This document shows positions 39,886 to 53,326 of a stretch of 64,000 nucleotides of DNA, piece by piece. Source of the DNA: Octopus sinensis. Taxonomy: Eukaryota. How positions within the stretch are numbered: the first letter of the stretch is position 1; every line of letters starts with the position of its first letter. Made by a program: the position numbers and the translations under genes. The stretch covers positions 81,902,001 to 81,966,000 of the forward strand of contig NC_043001.1 in assembly GCF_006345805.1 (NCBI RefSeq), written 5' to 3'. The notes beneath the pieces are model-generated. The model was given only the letters and a program-made list of their open reading frames with translations. It searched no databases and was not told where the DNA came from.

Positions 39886-40005
39886 AGCCTGTAACTTACT
39901 GGAACTACTGTAACCGCCAGGTTACAGGAAAGTAGACAAACCAACATCGGTTGTCACGTGGTCGTGGTGGTAGAGGACAAACACAAGCACACAGATATAT
40001 GTGTG

Positions 40006-40045
<40 letters not shown>

Positions 40046-41819
40046 ACCATTTCTTGTTAGCTGTGCTCTTTTTTCTCGTGCATGAGCACTTAAGTAGCTT
40101 TTGAGAAACGAGAGAGGTTTGAAATTTGCAATACATACAGTGCAAATATGTCTCGCCTCAAGTGGTACGGTGCTGTTTGTTGTGTCTGACTTGTGGATAC
40201 TTGAAATAAATTAACAGGTAGGTGGTTGAGTATTCCTAGTGTACCCTTAACGGTCAGGGAGAATCAGCATGAAGTTTGGTGTTGCCTTTCGAATTACAGG
40301 TACGATCTAACCAACAGACTTCAATAATTTTCCCCTCCATCCAATTTCACTCACAAGACCATAGAAAACGATATTTGCCCAAGATGCTAATCAGTAGGAT
40401 CGAGCTCCGAACTTCGTGGTTGTGAAGCGAGCGTCTTAACCATTCGGCCATACCGCACCTACACACACATAGTATATGTATCTCAGGATATATGTCAATA
40501 TAGTTGACATGCGTGAAGCTGAGAAGCCATAGAGTGAATCATCAACATTACATAAAAAAAATATACCTGGAGCAGGCATGGGACGGCTATGTAGCTAAGA
40601 AGCTCACATCACAACCATGTGGTTCCAAGTTCGAATTTAACTCGTAACACTTTCAACCATAAGTTCTTTTTACAACGTTCTGAGTTCAGCTAAATACTTA
40701 GCACGTAAAAGTTTCTAGACAGAAACTGAACACATCACAGACACTAATGTGTGTGTGTGTCCTTGTCTGAAGTTTATTCTATGTCCTTGGGCGGTTTGAC
40801 AAATAGAGATCGATAAAGCAAGTACTACTTTCAATAAATATTGAACTGATATGATTGACTGATCCCTCCAAAGCAATGCCTCTTGGACGCCCTCCAATAA
40901 CTGAAATCAATAACTGTGTGCGTGTGTGTGTGTGTACGTGCGTGTGTATGTGTGTGTGTATGTGCGTGTGATAGTTTTAACGTGTACTCTTCCAAGAATT
41001 CATGAGGCGGACGGAGTTCATTGAGGCAGATTTTTAACGACTGGAAACCCCTCATGTCGTCAACCCTTAACCATTTCCGAGCAAGGTAATATTTCCCCCA
41101 TGGCCATGACATGGTTCCGCAGAATACTGGAAATGAATGACATTCATTTACAACAATTACACGATGTCAAGAGGTGACTACACACGCACATATCTTCGAG
41201 TAAATCCATTCACAAGGCTTTGGTCGGAAAGGGGCTACGGTAGAAAACACTCGTCTACAGTACCAGCAGCGCGGGGTTCAACTCATTCAGCTGAACTAAT
41301 TTGTCAACGCAAGATACTAAATACATGTTATAGCGTGTATTCCATTTGAACTGAATTTCTTTGCCTCGTAACTCAGCTTACGTTTCATGTCACTGCGATC
41401 TTCAGGCGAGAACTGATTTCAGTGGCCTGAAACTCGAGTTAAAAGGCAAAGAAATCAAGTTTAAATACACACTTCTCTTTCTCTCTCACTCACACTAACC
41501 GATGTGTAAAACGAACTTTTATCATGTATATGCACTAAATACAGACTTTAATCATTCACATATAAACATAATTATAGCTAATTACTAAGATGTTGAGACA
41601 TTCATTTTTTGCCTGTTTTGCTAACAAGTTGACTGAATATGGACGGACGGATTTAGTCTACAACCGCTAAAACTAAACAGTACTTAGTTTTACCAATTCT
41701 ACAGTTAACGTTGCTGTATGAAAAAAAAACGTTCCAAATGTAACCTGGCTTTTATTCTGACAGTACATATCTAAAACTACACTATCCAGTGTCCTTCTCC
41801 TAAGTATTTATATATGTCT

Positions 41820-44775
41820 GTTCGACCTGCAAGAAAATAACAGCCAAATCTCCTTCATATTGCTTTCCCATACCGATACGAGAGAAAGACAGGTTGGTCG
41901 TAGTTGGAATGGCTTTGATCACATAGATCTGGTCGATCAGGACCGACTAATGGCGAAGCAACTTTTGGTTGCTGCATCACCCAACTCCGCGAGCCAAAAT
42001 AGTCCCTGTGATTGCTAGACCCGGTAGAAATATCAGCCAAAACTCCCGACGTCTTAAAGGAGGAAGCAGAGTATGATTTGAGGACTATTTAGCTATTATT
42101 TTTAGCAAGTCGAACAACCATGTAGAAGCTGTTCTTTGCTTTGCTAAGTGTGTATGCATATGCATGTATGCCATGCCGGTAGAGTCTGTGTACGCATGTG
42201 AAAGAGTGATGTGTATAGTTGTGTGAAAGTAATGTTAGATATGTGTAAAAAAAAATGTTACATGTGATGTGTGTTTGTGTGTTGTACGTATAAAATGTAT
42301 GTGTGTGTGTGTGCATATAGGACTGCGCGAGTGTGACATTATATGCCCCGTCAAGATTTTTTTTACTAAAAAAAATTGCTGACTTTTTTTTCAGAGTAAG
42401 TGGTTTCATTTACATTAGCAACTAAGCCTCAGGCCTTCTACTCTGATCTGACAGACCTATGACCAAAGATATTCCGGCCATGACAATCCCGTCTTTTCAT
42501 CACAGTATATCGACAGTTATATTATTCAGGGAGATGTAGCAGCTATTTCTAGCAAATCAAATGCTGCAGCTATGCTCAGTTCTGACTCATTTGTTAACTG
42601 TTAGGTCAGGCGTTGTCGTTGTTTAACCAAGGGTCAGCCTCGACGGTATAGATCTATGATCAATGGTAGCTGTCCTTCCCCACTTATTTATTTTCCATGC
42701 ATAAATACATTTCCAACAACATTAACCAATGTGACTTCATTTCAAAATAGGGTATGACAAGGACAATTTGGCTGCTATTTCTACCATGTCAAGTTAACGT
42801 AAAGATTCCTTTTTTGGACTAGGGGTGGGGGTGAGATGGGTTTAAAATAATTTGATCCTCATCAATCAGACCTTATCATAACGGAAATCCAGACACGACC
42901 ACCCTGTCTTCTGCTGTGCTGGAAACCCAGCAACCACTAATTTTTCTAAGACGATATATTGAAATTTGAGGGAAATTTGGTTGCTTTTTCTAGTGTGTCA
43001 ACAGCCATATACTCATTCTTAGGCTTGCGGATACAAATGTGGTTATCAGAGCTTACATTTCGACTGTCACCAACACCAGCCACAGTAAAAAAAAAAAAAA
43101 GAACTATATTCTACAACAAACACAATGTGATGGTGACACGAGGTGAAGAATGGTACCACATTTTGGCATTATTTCGTTTAATGATCATAAAATGTGATCA
43201 GCAATGTGAGACGGACATTGTCGAATAGGTAGGTACCCCCACTCCCACCGTTCCCTCCACCAAAAAAATTTCATCAGATTCCCATGCTTTCAACAAAAGA
43301 CTTGCCATATTGCCAAAAAGAAAAAGCTTCTTAAATTTTAATATTTTCTTCTACGGTTTCATTTATTTCCTTAACTTTTTTTTTTTTTTTTTTTTTTCGA
43401 CGGAGGAGATTCCACGTTTAGAAATACTCTATTTTATAGGAACACTGTATGTTCCTATAAAATAGAGTCGGAAATTATTGCAATTTTTTGGAACGTGTTT
43501 GTATATTACGAATTTGAGGGAAAAAAAAAAGAAAAAAGAACTGCGAATGGTTTGCCTCTCTCCACTTTCCATATAAAGTAATTTTCCTCTTTTGAACATT
43601 CTAAAATTCTTTTCCAGATCATATTTTAATATGATTCTTCTAAAACATGCCTGACATAAATTTAGGAAAAAAAAAGTCGAAACTGAAAATTACGAAAAAC
43701 CAGAGGTGGGGCAAGCTTCCACTCGCATAATCCTTTCCGTCCCCACACCCCATATTCGTATTCCTCTTTTCTTAAAACACACACATCCGAAGAAATTATA
43801 GTTCTGGTTTCGCTTGCTAATTCCCGACTCTACTCTATAGGGATACCAACATTTTTTTTTCTTTTCAAAATTTCAGCTTTTTAATGCCGGTTGTTTACGA
43901 CGATTTTTTTCTTCTTTTGTTTCCATTTTCGCGGATATAAACCGAAAGAATGCCCCGCCTCCTTCCTCAACAAAGCCTGTCGTTTGTTTATATGCATTAC
44001 AATGGACAATGTGCGATTTGCACATGTCACCATTTTGTGTCACAAACCGTGTCCAGGTGTAAAAATAAAATGTAGCTTACTCACTCCCCTCTTTACGGAT
44101 TCCATCCACTAAGGATTGAAACTATCAACTCGAACCACCAATAAATAGGAATAGTTAATGAAAGAGCCTCTCGACCTGCTAGAAATGGCAGCCAAAATCT
44201 CACTCAATTTTACAACCATACCGTCTTACAAAATACATTTTAAGTGATCTTAGGTTCCTTGTACATTAGAAATAAAAGTAAAGAAAAAAAAATGACACAG
44301 TATGGTGACGGCTGGAATACTTTTCATCATATGGTTGTCTACTACATGAGGTCTGACCGGGGGCTAAACAACAACAACCTATGAGAAGAACATTTACGCA
44401 GTCGTTTCACTTGCAAGAAATAATAGCCAAATCTCACGAAAAACTGCCAATCTGTCTTGAAATGGATACATTTGGTAATATTTCTTTTTTTGTATGTGTG
44501 TGTGTATTAAGACAGGATGGTCAAAGATAGAACTACCTTTGACTAAAGGCATGTTCGATCAGGGTTAACCTAGAGTTAAATAACAACCCGATATAGATCT
44601 TTCGGCTTTCTTTCGTTTTAACCCGCATAAACGTCAAAATCGATCACATGGGATATGATTGTTCGTTAACATTCCCTTATATTTAACTAGCTAAGGCATA
44701 AATGCCACAACACCGCCTTAACCGTCTCTCTCCCAGACAGACAACTGACGGGTGACTAAAAAAGAAAAACGTTAC

Positions 44776-44809
<34 letters not shown>

Positions 44810-47345
44810 GATACGCAGGAGACTCGAGTCTTGAATATAGTTTTATTCATCCGAAGTTGATGACTCATTCATTCACTACTCCGAGTTTATCCATAAATAT
44901 TTATGTATGTGTGTGTGTGTGTGTGTGTGTGTGAAAGTTACTCAAACGAGAGACAAAAGTCCTCAAATACACTTAAAATTTGATTCATTCTTCAGTACAA
45001 GGCACATTTGTGTAGGTTGCCGTATATTCTAAGATATCGGTGTGTGTGTGTGTGTGTGTACGCGCAGAAATACATCATCTATTATTTTTATAAAGGCTAA
45101 AACTAAAATCTTGGGCCAGTTCCAGACGAGGTTAGAACGCAGAACGAAGTGTCACATGATCAGAAGGTACACCTTAAACACCAAAGTAACTTGAACAGTT
45201 AACGCCAACACAATCTTAATGTAATAATAGTGTTTATTTAACTAGCACGGTGATGGTAGTGGCGGTGGTAGTAATGATACTTAGTGGTGTCGGTGCATAA
45301 TTGTTACGATCGTGGTGATTTGTGTTTCGTGTGTGTGTAATTGTTGACTGTGTGTATTATGTATGTAATTCTTACAGTAGTGAAGGCTGTGTGTAATTGG
45401 CATGAGTGGTTGTGTGTATGCGTGTAGTTCTTACAGTACTGTTAGTGGCTGGGTGTAGGAGTTTGTGTTATTCTTATAGTAGTTGTGGACCGCCGCGTGT
45501 GTAATTCTTATTGTAATAGTGGTGGTAGCTATATGTGTGTGTATGTGTGTAATTCTTACGGTGGTAGTGTTGTGTATGTAATTGCGTGTGTGTGTGAATG
45601 TAATTCTTAAGGTAATGATGAGCGTGTGTTTCTTCCAAAAGGAAAGGTGGCGGTGGTTGTACGTGAGTATGTGTGTAATTCATACGGTAGTGGTGGTGGT
45701 AGCTGAGTGTGTGTGTGTGTAATACATAGTCGTGGTGGTAGTGGTGTGCATCTGTGTAACTAGATGTATATATGTATAAAATGATAGCGTGTATAGTGTG
45801 TGTGTGTGTGTGTGTGCAACTGCTTCGGTAGTGGAAGGTGGCGGTAGCATTTATATGTAATTGTCACGATGTGCATGTGTGTAATTGGTCGATGAGTAGT
45901 TGTATTTATATATATGTATGTATGTATGTATGTAATTGTGACGATGTTACTAGTGATGAGCGTACATTTAATTTGATAGTTCTGGTGGTGTATGTAATTG
46001 TCACGGTCGTGGTGGCGATGACGGCGGTAGGTTGCGTGTGTAATTGGTGGTATTAATAGTTAGAGGTGATGTGCTTGTGTTGTTTTGTGGTGGTATGTGT
46101 AACTCATGGCTCAGCATGTGTAATATATACACGTACACACATTACAAACAAACGCACATGTATAAATATACAAACATGCACACGTACTCATACAATCATA
46201 CACTACACACGCACGCGTGTATATTTGTGTATTCAAATTCCTATGGTCTTGGCGGTAGTGTATGTTTAACCGTATGTTTCTCTACGTGTGTGTATGTATA
46301 TATGTCACAGTTGGTATGTTTGGTAGTGTGTTTAACTATCAGTGTTGGTTAGTAATATATGGAGTTTAAAAACGACTCTGGTCGTAGAGGTGGCGGTAGC
46401 AGTTGAACGTGTGTGTGTATATATATATATTATAAAGTCAGTAGTATACATGTTATAAGCATGGATGTGAGAAACACCATGTATGTATATATACTTGTAC
46501 AAGTGTGTATATGAATGTAATGATGCCAGAGTAAGCGTATGTTTATATGCCTACGTAAGTGTGTGTGTGTGCAAAAGTGTTTATGTGCCTGTCAATATAT
46601 ACACTATGTTGATACCTCCAACGAGGAGGACACGTTACACAAAGATATGGAAATGTTGAGCGAAGGGGCACTTCGCAAATAAATCTATTTCCTGCAACGG
46701 CTACTGTGCTAGAATGTAGTCGGTAGGGTTCAACACCAGAACCCCTTTAAATACAAACTCTGAATCTGCCAAGCTGGTATCCACCTATCTTAGTTTATAT
46801 ACACCAACACGCTATACTTTATTAAATATACGTATGTTATATATATATATATATATATAGGTTTCTTAAAAACTAATACATGAAATTCTAGGCTCTTAAG
46901 TCACTCTGTAAATTCAGTCTATATATTCACACGCATACCTATATGAGCCAGTGAGAAGACGGCTTAGTGGTCGGGTGCCTTGTTAGAAAGAGCAGCCAAT
47001 TTTACTTCAAATCACACCTTATGGTCTAAAAACGAAACATAAAAGGAAGTGGTGGTCATGGCTATGATGTCTTTGATCATCGATATGTTTGTTTTAATCA
47101 GAGTTGATCGCCAAATATACATGTACAGTAATCAGTTCAAATTGGCTGACCTAAGTCTAAAGAACAAAAACGTACGTTTGCACGAGAACATATAGTTATT
47201 TAACCCCAGGTCAGCTCTCATCGAGCAGACTTTTATTTAAGATATGCCAACTACGACTATCCTAGCTTTGTAATGTGTCCTATCCATATACAAAACGCTA
47301 GGTTACGATTTGAGGTAAATTTGGCTGTTGCTTCTAACAGGCCGA
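41820..47345. repeat. Cluster of a dispersed repeat family E (core ATTTGGCTGCTATTTCTAG)
   Basis: About 9 decayed core hits in both orientations (e.g. ~41833, 42025, 42538, 42776, 42975, 44181, 44420, 46985, 47318). Confidence 0.6.
43426..43468. repeat. Perfect 19-bp-stem hairpin, 5-nt loop
   Basis: ACTCTATTTTATAGGAACA-CTGTA-TGTTCCTATAAAATAGAGT. Confidence 0.95.
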
Positions 47346-47560
47346 GGCCACACTCATTCGAGTGAGTATATACAATATTGCAGACACGTGTGTGTGTGTG
47401 AATCTATGTGTTTACAGATATTTCTGTTTATAAATACATGTAACTCACGCACACAAGACCGATAGCGTGTATATTATCTAAAAGATAGATGTTTGTAAGC
47501 CCATGTGTATAAAACGTATTTTGTTCATGCGCGTATGTGTGAGTATATGAACACACACAC

Positions 47561-47634
<74 letters not shown>

Positions 47635-48949
47635 AGAGCAATAGTCCATGTGTACATTTTTATGTGCCTATGGGTATATATAATGTGTATATATGGAGAG
47701 AGAGAGACGAGAGGAGAGAGAAATTCATGCGTGTTATGTGTGTAATTCATGCGTATAAGATATGCGTGTGTGTGTATGTATGTATGTGTATATATTCTGT
47801 ACAGTTCACACGTATGTGCTGTGTATATTCAGATACACATGACTGATGGGCTGGAGAAGCGGTAGAAAAGCGGTGGTGGTTGAAATTAGGTAGACGTGGT
47901 ATAGAGAGAAAGGAGGGGTATATACTAACATACACACACACACACATATATATTTATGGACAGTGTTTGAAAGCTAAAAGACAGTCATTCTTTCTTCTAC
48001 ATATATATGTATTAATATATATATATGTATAATATATATATATTATAAACATAGTTAATCTCATATACATACACATATTCCATAAGCAGTACCCATTGAA
48101 TTAAGATACCTGAGCAGATGAGAGAACATTAAGGTGGTCGCACAACGTGCAAATTACATAGCAGCCAAAACGTACATTACCATCTTGATGAAAAAAAAAA
48201 AGGAACTGGAGAACTTTCGTATAAAATGATGGGATGGTCATGGCGGGAAGTTCTTTGATGTAAGGTTTAGTCAATGAGAGTTGACTTAGGGCTAAAGAGA
48301 ACACCTTTTTGATATATATATATATTCACACCTTGTACAAAGAGGAAGCTAGTGGTGTCTGACACGTGAAAAAGGTTTCAAGAGGTAAGTTGTGTGTGGA
48401 TGGATGAATAGATAGATAGATAGATAGATAGAAGAAAGATATAGTTAGTCAGAAGAAAGAGGTGGATAGACAGTCAGAAGAAAGAAAGAGGTAGATAGAC
48501 AGAAGAAAGAAAGAGGTAGATAGACAGAAGAAAGAAAGAGGTATATAGACAGAAGAAAGAAAGAAGTAGATAGACAGACAGAAGAACGAAAGAGGTAGAT
48601 AAGATAGACAAAAGAAAGATATAGATAGGATAGACAGAAGACTTAGGTAGCAAGATAGACAGAAAAAATTATATGCACAGGATAGACAGAAGATATAGTT
48701 AGCGAGCTAGCTAGATAGATAGATAGATAGAAAACCTAGAAAACCAACTTAGCACTGTGTGTAAAAATAAGACATTTGAAGGGGTTTAATCGAGTAATAA
48801 CAACAATAGGGGAAAGAAAAAAAGAGATATAAATGAAGAATAGATACACAGATGGTGCCAAAATACAGAGAGAAGACACATTTAGGGAGGTGGGAGAAGG
48901 AAGAGTCTCCCTTCCTCCGGATCAATGAAAAAAGCAAGTATATACTTAC

Positions 48950-49046
48950 TGTTTTTAACCGGCCTCACAGCCTTGGTTAAGATTTTCTGGATAGTTGAAA
49001 TATCCTGGTTTTTTATCGCGTTGGTTAAATCCTGGTCTTTTCCCAT
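48950..49046 (-). CDS. caskin: First coding exon of a Caskin-like (ankyrin repeat/SAM scaffold) gene; ANKS1-type is the alternative
   Basis: The minus strand reads ATG GGA AAA GAC CAG GAT TTA... = MGKDQDLTNAIKNQDISTIQKILTKAVRPVKN + 1 nt, then a canonical GTAAGT donor (phase 1). Strong Kozak context (acaATGG) and an in-frame TAA 15 nt upstream. It resembles the N-termini of Caskin2 (MGREQDLILAVKNGDVTGVQKL) and Caskin1 (MGKEQELVQAVK), recalled from memory. Confidence 0.8.
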
Positions 49047-49197
49047 TGTAAAACAATATTAATTCACTATACACACTTTGGTAGGTGGAGAAAATATAGC
49101 ACAGATTGGGTGTTATGTATGTATAATTATTATACACAATGCACTATATATATTTATAATATATATATATATATATGCTTTGTTTAGAAATATATTT

Positions 49198-49233
<36 letters not shown>

Positions 49234-51581
49234 AAATTTATTTATATAAACAGTTTTGGTTGGGTGTATATGTATGCAGGTGTTTCAGATATATATATTT
49301 TGTAAAGAAATATATTATTATACATACATTATTGCATGTATATATAAAGTACGTGTTACAAAACTTTTGTTTTTTTTAATTACATTGGGAAAACATTTAG
49401 TATGTTGTCTGTATGTGTGTATATGTATTTGTATATATTATATATGTGTGTATATGTGTATGTGTTTTATACATGCGGGTGGATGCGCGGAGTACTTCCT
49501 TCCTTGTAAGGTGGTTTTATTATTTTTTGTTTTGTTAAAATATTCCCAATTCCTGGAGAAAACCTTGACGAAGTGGATACATTTCCGGCTGAAGACACAG
49601 ATATTCCAAGAAGTTTTTAACCATTTACCTAACAAGGTAAATTGGTCAAGATGCTTTATAAGAACCAGAAGGGGCAGACGTGTACTTAAAAGAAATCGTA
49701 GGCAAAAATTACGAATTAATATTTATATAAAGATATAATTTAGGTGGTAAAATTTAAAGAAACCAATATATTACTGTAGTAAAGAAATAAACCCCCCCAT
49801 AAAAAAATAAAAATAACTTTTTTTCAAGTTTCGAAATAGTACATGTGTATGTATGTATGTGTCACATGAGATGTTGCAATCGTTAATATCGGCGGAGTTG
49901 GTGGTGTTAAATAAGGTTTATTATCCGAAACCCTTAACATAGCTGTTGGTATCTTGGTTTCCGTTTAGTGTGTAAAATTAGAGTGGTCAAAAGCGGTTGG
50001 GAAAAGCGGGCGAAAGCAGTCCAGTTCTCCATGGTAGAAAGAATATTATTAATTATTATTGTTGCTGTTTGTTGTTATTATATCAAAGGACACACACGAC
50101 CTTTTTTACTGAAGCAGCACCACAAGCAGTGTGACTTAGTCACAGAAAAGTATCCAGCTAGAAACAACAGCAGCAGCAGCAGCGGTAGCAGCAGGAGGAG
50201 GGCACGTTGGTGACACACACAGAAAACTCGCAACCCAAACCCTCTCTCTTTACAACAGCTCTCTTTACATTCCGCTTAATGAAAGAAAAAAAGAGAGGAA
50301 AACCCAAACAAAAATATATCGGACCGGCAAATGTAAAAAATATAGTTGAATTATTAAAAAGGAAACTTTTTATGTCCCTCCAATGTCTTGATAAATTCCT
50401 TATTTTAATGATAAAGATTTGTATCTACATACACTAGTATGTGTGTGTATATAACGTGTGTTCTTCTAGGTGTGTGTGTGTGTTTGTTTGTATCAATCAA
50501 CGTGTTTGAATGCAGTTGTTTAATTAGCAATGTGTTATATTAATGCGTGCGTGTGTCTCTATAAACGTGTGCGTTTATTTGTAAATGCCTACTATGTGTG
50601 TATGTGTGTCTATCAACTTGTTTATTTGTAAATGCGTGCGTTTACCATGTGTATCTATTAGTAAATATGTTTATTGTGTCTGTGTGCATAGATATGTGCG
50701 TGTGTATGTATGTGTATTTATCAGGAGTGCGCCGTTAAGTTACGGATTATTTATTTGCAGGACTTTTTTCTTCTTTCTTTTCATCAAAATACTTGGAAAT
50801 TTTTCGTTGTTATTTATGAATCTTGAAAACCTGTAATAACTTCCTTGTCGTCGTCATTAATAACTCCAGAGACAATGTAAAGAAGAACGAAACAGAAAAA
50901 CAAAAATATGCATTTGTATATATATATATATATATAGACGTTTAATTATATATATATCCACACATCAGATCGACTTGTATTATAACAAAGTGTGCATAGA
51001 AATCCAATTATATTCGGCGTTAATGGTGGTGGTGTGGTGGTGATAGAGGACTTCTCTGGTATTCCACAATAATTCGTTACCTTAAAATAAGCGTAACGTA
51101 TAAGCAGGGTACATAGAAAATATGATAGAAGGAATTCGAAGAGGCAACGGGTGGGATAACAACAAAAAAAAGATTATAAAAGTTTTTTAACGCAAAGCTT
51201 AGTCTTGTTGCTTTTGTTGTTGTTGTTTAATCCCCACAATATTTTTTTTTTTTTCAAAAATTGGGGGAGCCTACTTCCGAATGAACACAGAGCAACATCC
51301 GAACTTTATCCCCTTCAGTACGAAAAAATAAATGTAGTGTCTAAGACCCCACAGCTTAGCATTTCCCTCCTCAGCGACATCTCCATTATCTCTTTCCCTC
51401 TTTCTGTTTGTTTCTCGCTCTCTCTCTCTCTCTGTTTTCCTCTCTATCTTTTTGTTTTCTTTTCTCTCTCTCTCTATCTCTCACTATCTTTGTCTGCTCC
51501 TCTCTTCTCGTCAGTCGCCGCCGCCACCACCAGCAGCAGCAGAAGAAGAAGCTCATAAGTCAGCGCGCCTGCGCTCTCACC
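49047..51581 (-). promoter_or_regulatory. Probable 5' UTR / promoter-proximal region of the Caskin-like gene
   Basis: Lies directly upstream of the ATG with no recognisable SINE copies. It ends in a GC-rich patch with (GCC/GCA)n and GCGCCTGCGC (51565-51574, NRF1-like) against the gap. The TSS is not determinable. Confidence 0.45.
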
Positions 51582-51681
51582 NNNNNNNNNNNNNNNNNNN
51601 NNNNNNNNNNNNNNNNNNNNNNNNNNNNNNNNNNNNNNNNNNNNNNNNNNNNNNNNNNNNNNNNNNNNNNNNNNNNNNNNN
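51582..51681. other. Assembly gap (100 N)
   Basis: Run of 100 N. Confidence 0.99.
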
Positions 51682-51937
51682 TGTATGTATGCATGTATGT
51701 ATCGTATGAATGTATGTAAGTATGTTTGTATGTATGCATGTATATATATAATTTATATATATGTATATGTAATTATATATTTATATGTATATATATATAT
51801 GTATATATATGTATATATATATATAAATATATACAGGGTGCTTCAAAAGTCTGTCACATTCTAAGAACTCTTATATCACGAGCTAACTATTCTACTTTAC
51901 CAGTGCAAACTGTGGGTCTGGGGGTATTTTCTATTTT

Positions 51938-52470
51938 CTATTTAGTACTGGGGAAGTTTCATTTATAAGGACGTACTCCCGTATTTGTCTTAGTGCTTGG
52001 TCTTTTAGGTGCTTGGATAAGATGTGAATGTCAAGTTGACCCAAGTTGCCTCCATGTTGGTCTTAAGCATGTTGGTAGAGTATGGAGGACTGTTTTTGTC
52101 GTCATATTGTCTCAGATGTTCATTTAGTCGTTCCGCAATGCTCCTAGACGTCTCCCCTATGTACATCATGTTCATGTCTTTACAAGCACCTTCTATGCTT
52201 CTTATGTTGTAAACTACATTTCTAGTTCTACAGTTAATGCCACGGCTAATCCTACATACAATGCAGTTATTGGTGCATATGGTATTCTCAAAGTTGTGAT
52301 CTGACGGAGTTCCTTGGCTTTTCAACAATCTTAATGTTGAGTTTGGTCTCCTTCAGAGCTTTTCCAAATCTACGAGCTCGTTCTCCATGGGCTGTGGCCT
52401 CTACAAACATCACTTCTTGATACTTGTCGGTCTTATACCACGTTTTCGCCCTGTTTGCTTTGTCACAAGT
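51938..52470 (-). mobile_element. Penelope-like element 3' fragment (linker + GIY-YIG endonuclease), degenerate
   Basis: Across frameshifts: VMFVEATAHGERARRFG..IKIVEK; CTNNCIVC..CRTRNVVYNI..YIGETSRSIAERLNEH; DIHILSKHLKDQALRQIREYVLINETSPVLNRK*. Confidence 0.88.
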
Positions 52471-52918
52471 TCTTTCTCTCTGCCTCTGTCTGTCTGTGTG
52501 TCCCACTTTCTCTCTCTCCCTCTCTCTCTTTGTAAATATATATGTAGATATGTACGAAGGAGTGGCGACAAATTCCTGGCTTTGAGTAAAAGAAAAAACA
52601 GGAGGGTCAGTTAATTATGATTTTATTCAAAATTTTTCCCCGCTCAGATTCACTGACTTATTGCAGCGGTCCTTCAATTTTTCTCAGCGCGGTGAAGGAA
52701 CCCGGAATGTTGGGCCTCCAATAAGGCCTTTCGTGAGAGTCATAAAGCATTCCTTGTGTATGTATGTATGTATGTATGTATGTATGTATGTATGTATGTA
52801 TGTATGTATGTATGGATGGATGGATGGATGGATGGATAGATGTATGGATGTATGTATGTATATATATATATATATATATATATACGTGTGTGTATAATAT
52901 ATGTATACATATACATAC

Positions 52919-52983
<65 letters not shown>

Positions 52984-53157
52984 TACAACACACAGGAAGA
53001 GATCTATAACTATGCATACGTGCGTATGTACACTATGAATGAATTGTATGTGTACGTGACCAAATGAATGTATGTGACATATCAGAGATAGAGCGACAAA
53101 ATACGGTAGTACATATAAACAGAGTATATTTACCAGCTTCTATCTATCTATCTATCT

Positions 53158-53196
<39 letters not shown>

Positions 53197-53266
53197 CTAT
53201 CTATCTATCTATCTATCTATTTATCTATCCATCTGTCTGTCTGTCTGTCTGCCTATCTGTCTGTCC

Positions 53267-53305
<39 letters not shown>

Positions 53306-53326
53306 AGCTATCAATCTATCTCACTT

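Noticed and set aside
39127-39947. Long 218-258 aa ORFs rich in Y/I/H/T/C/V (also 832-1290, 9619-10151, 52658-55481, 61681-62178)
   Set aside because: They are translations of TA/CA/TATG/AGAT microsatellites, open in several frames and strands.
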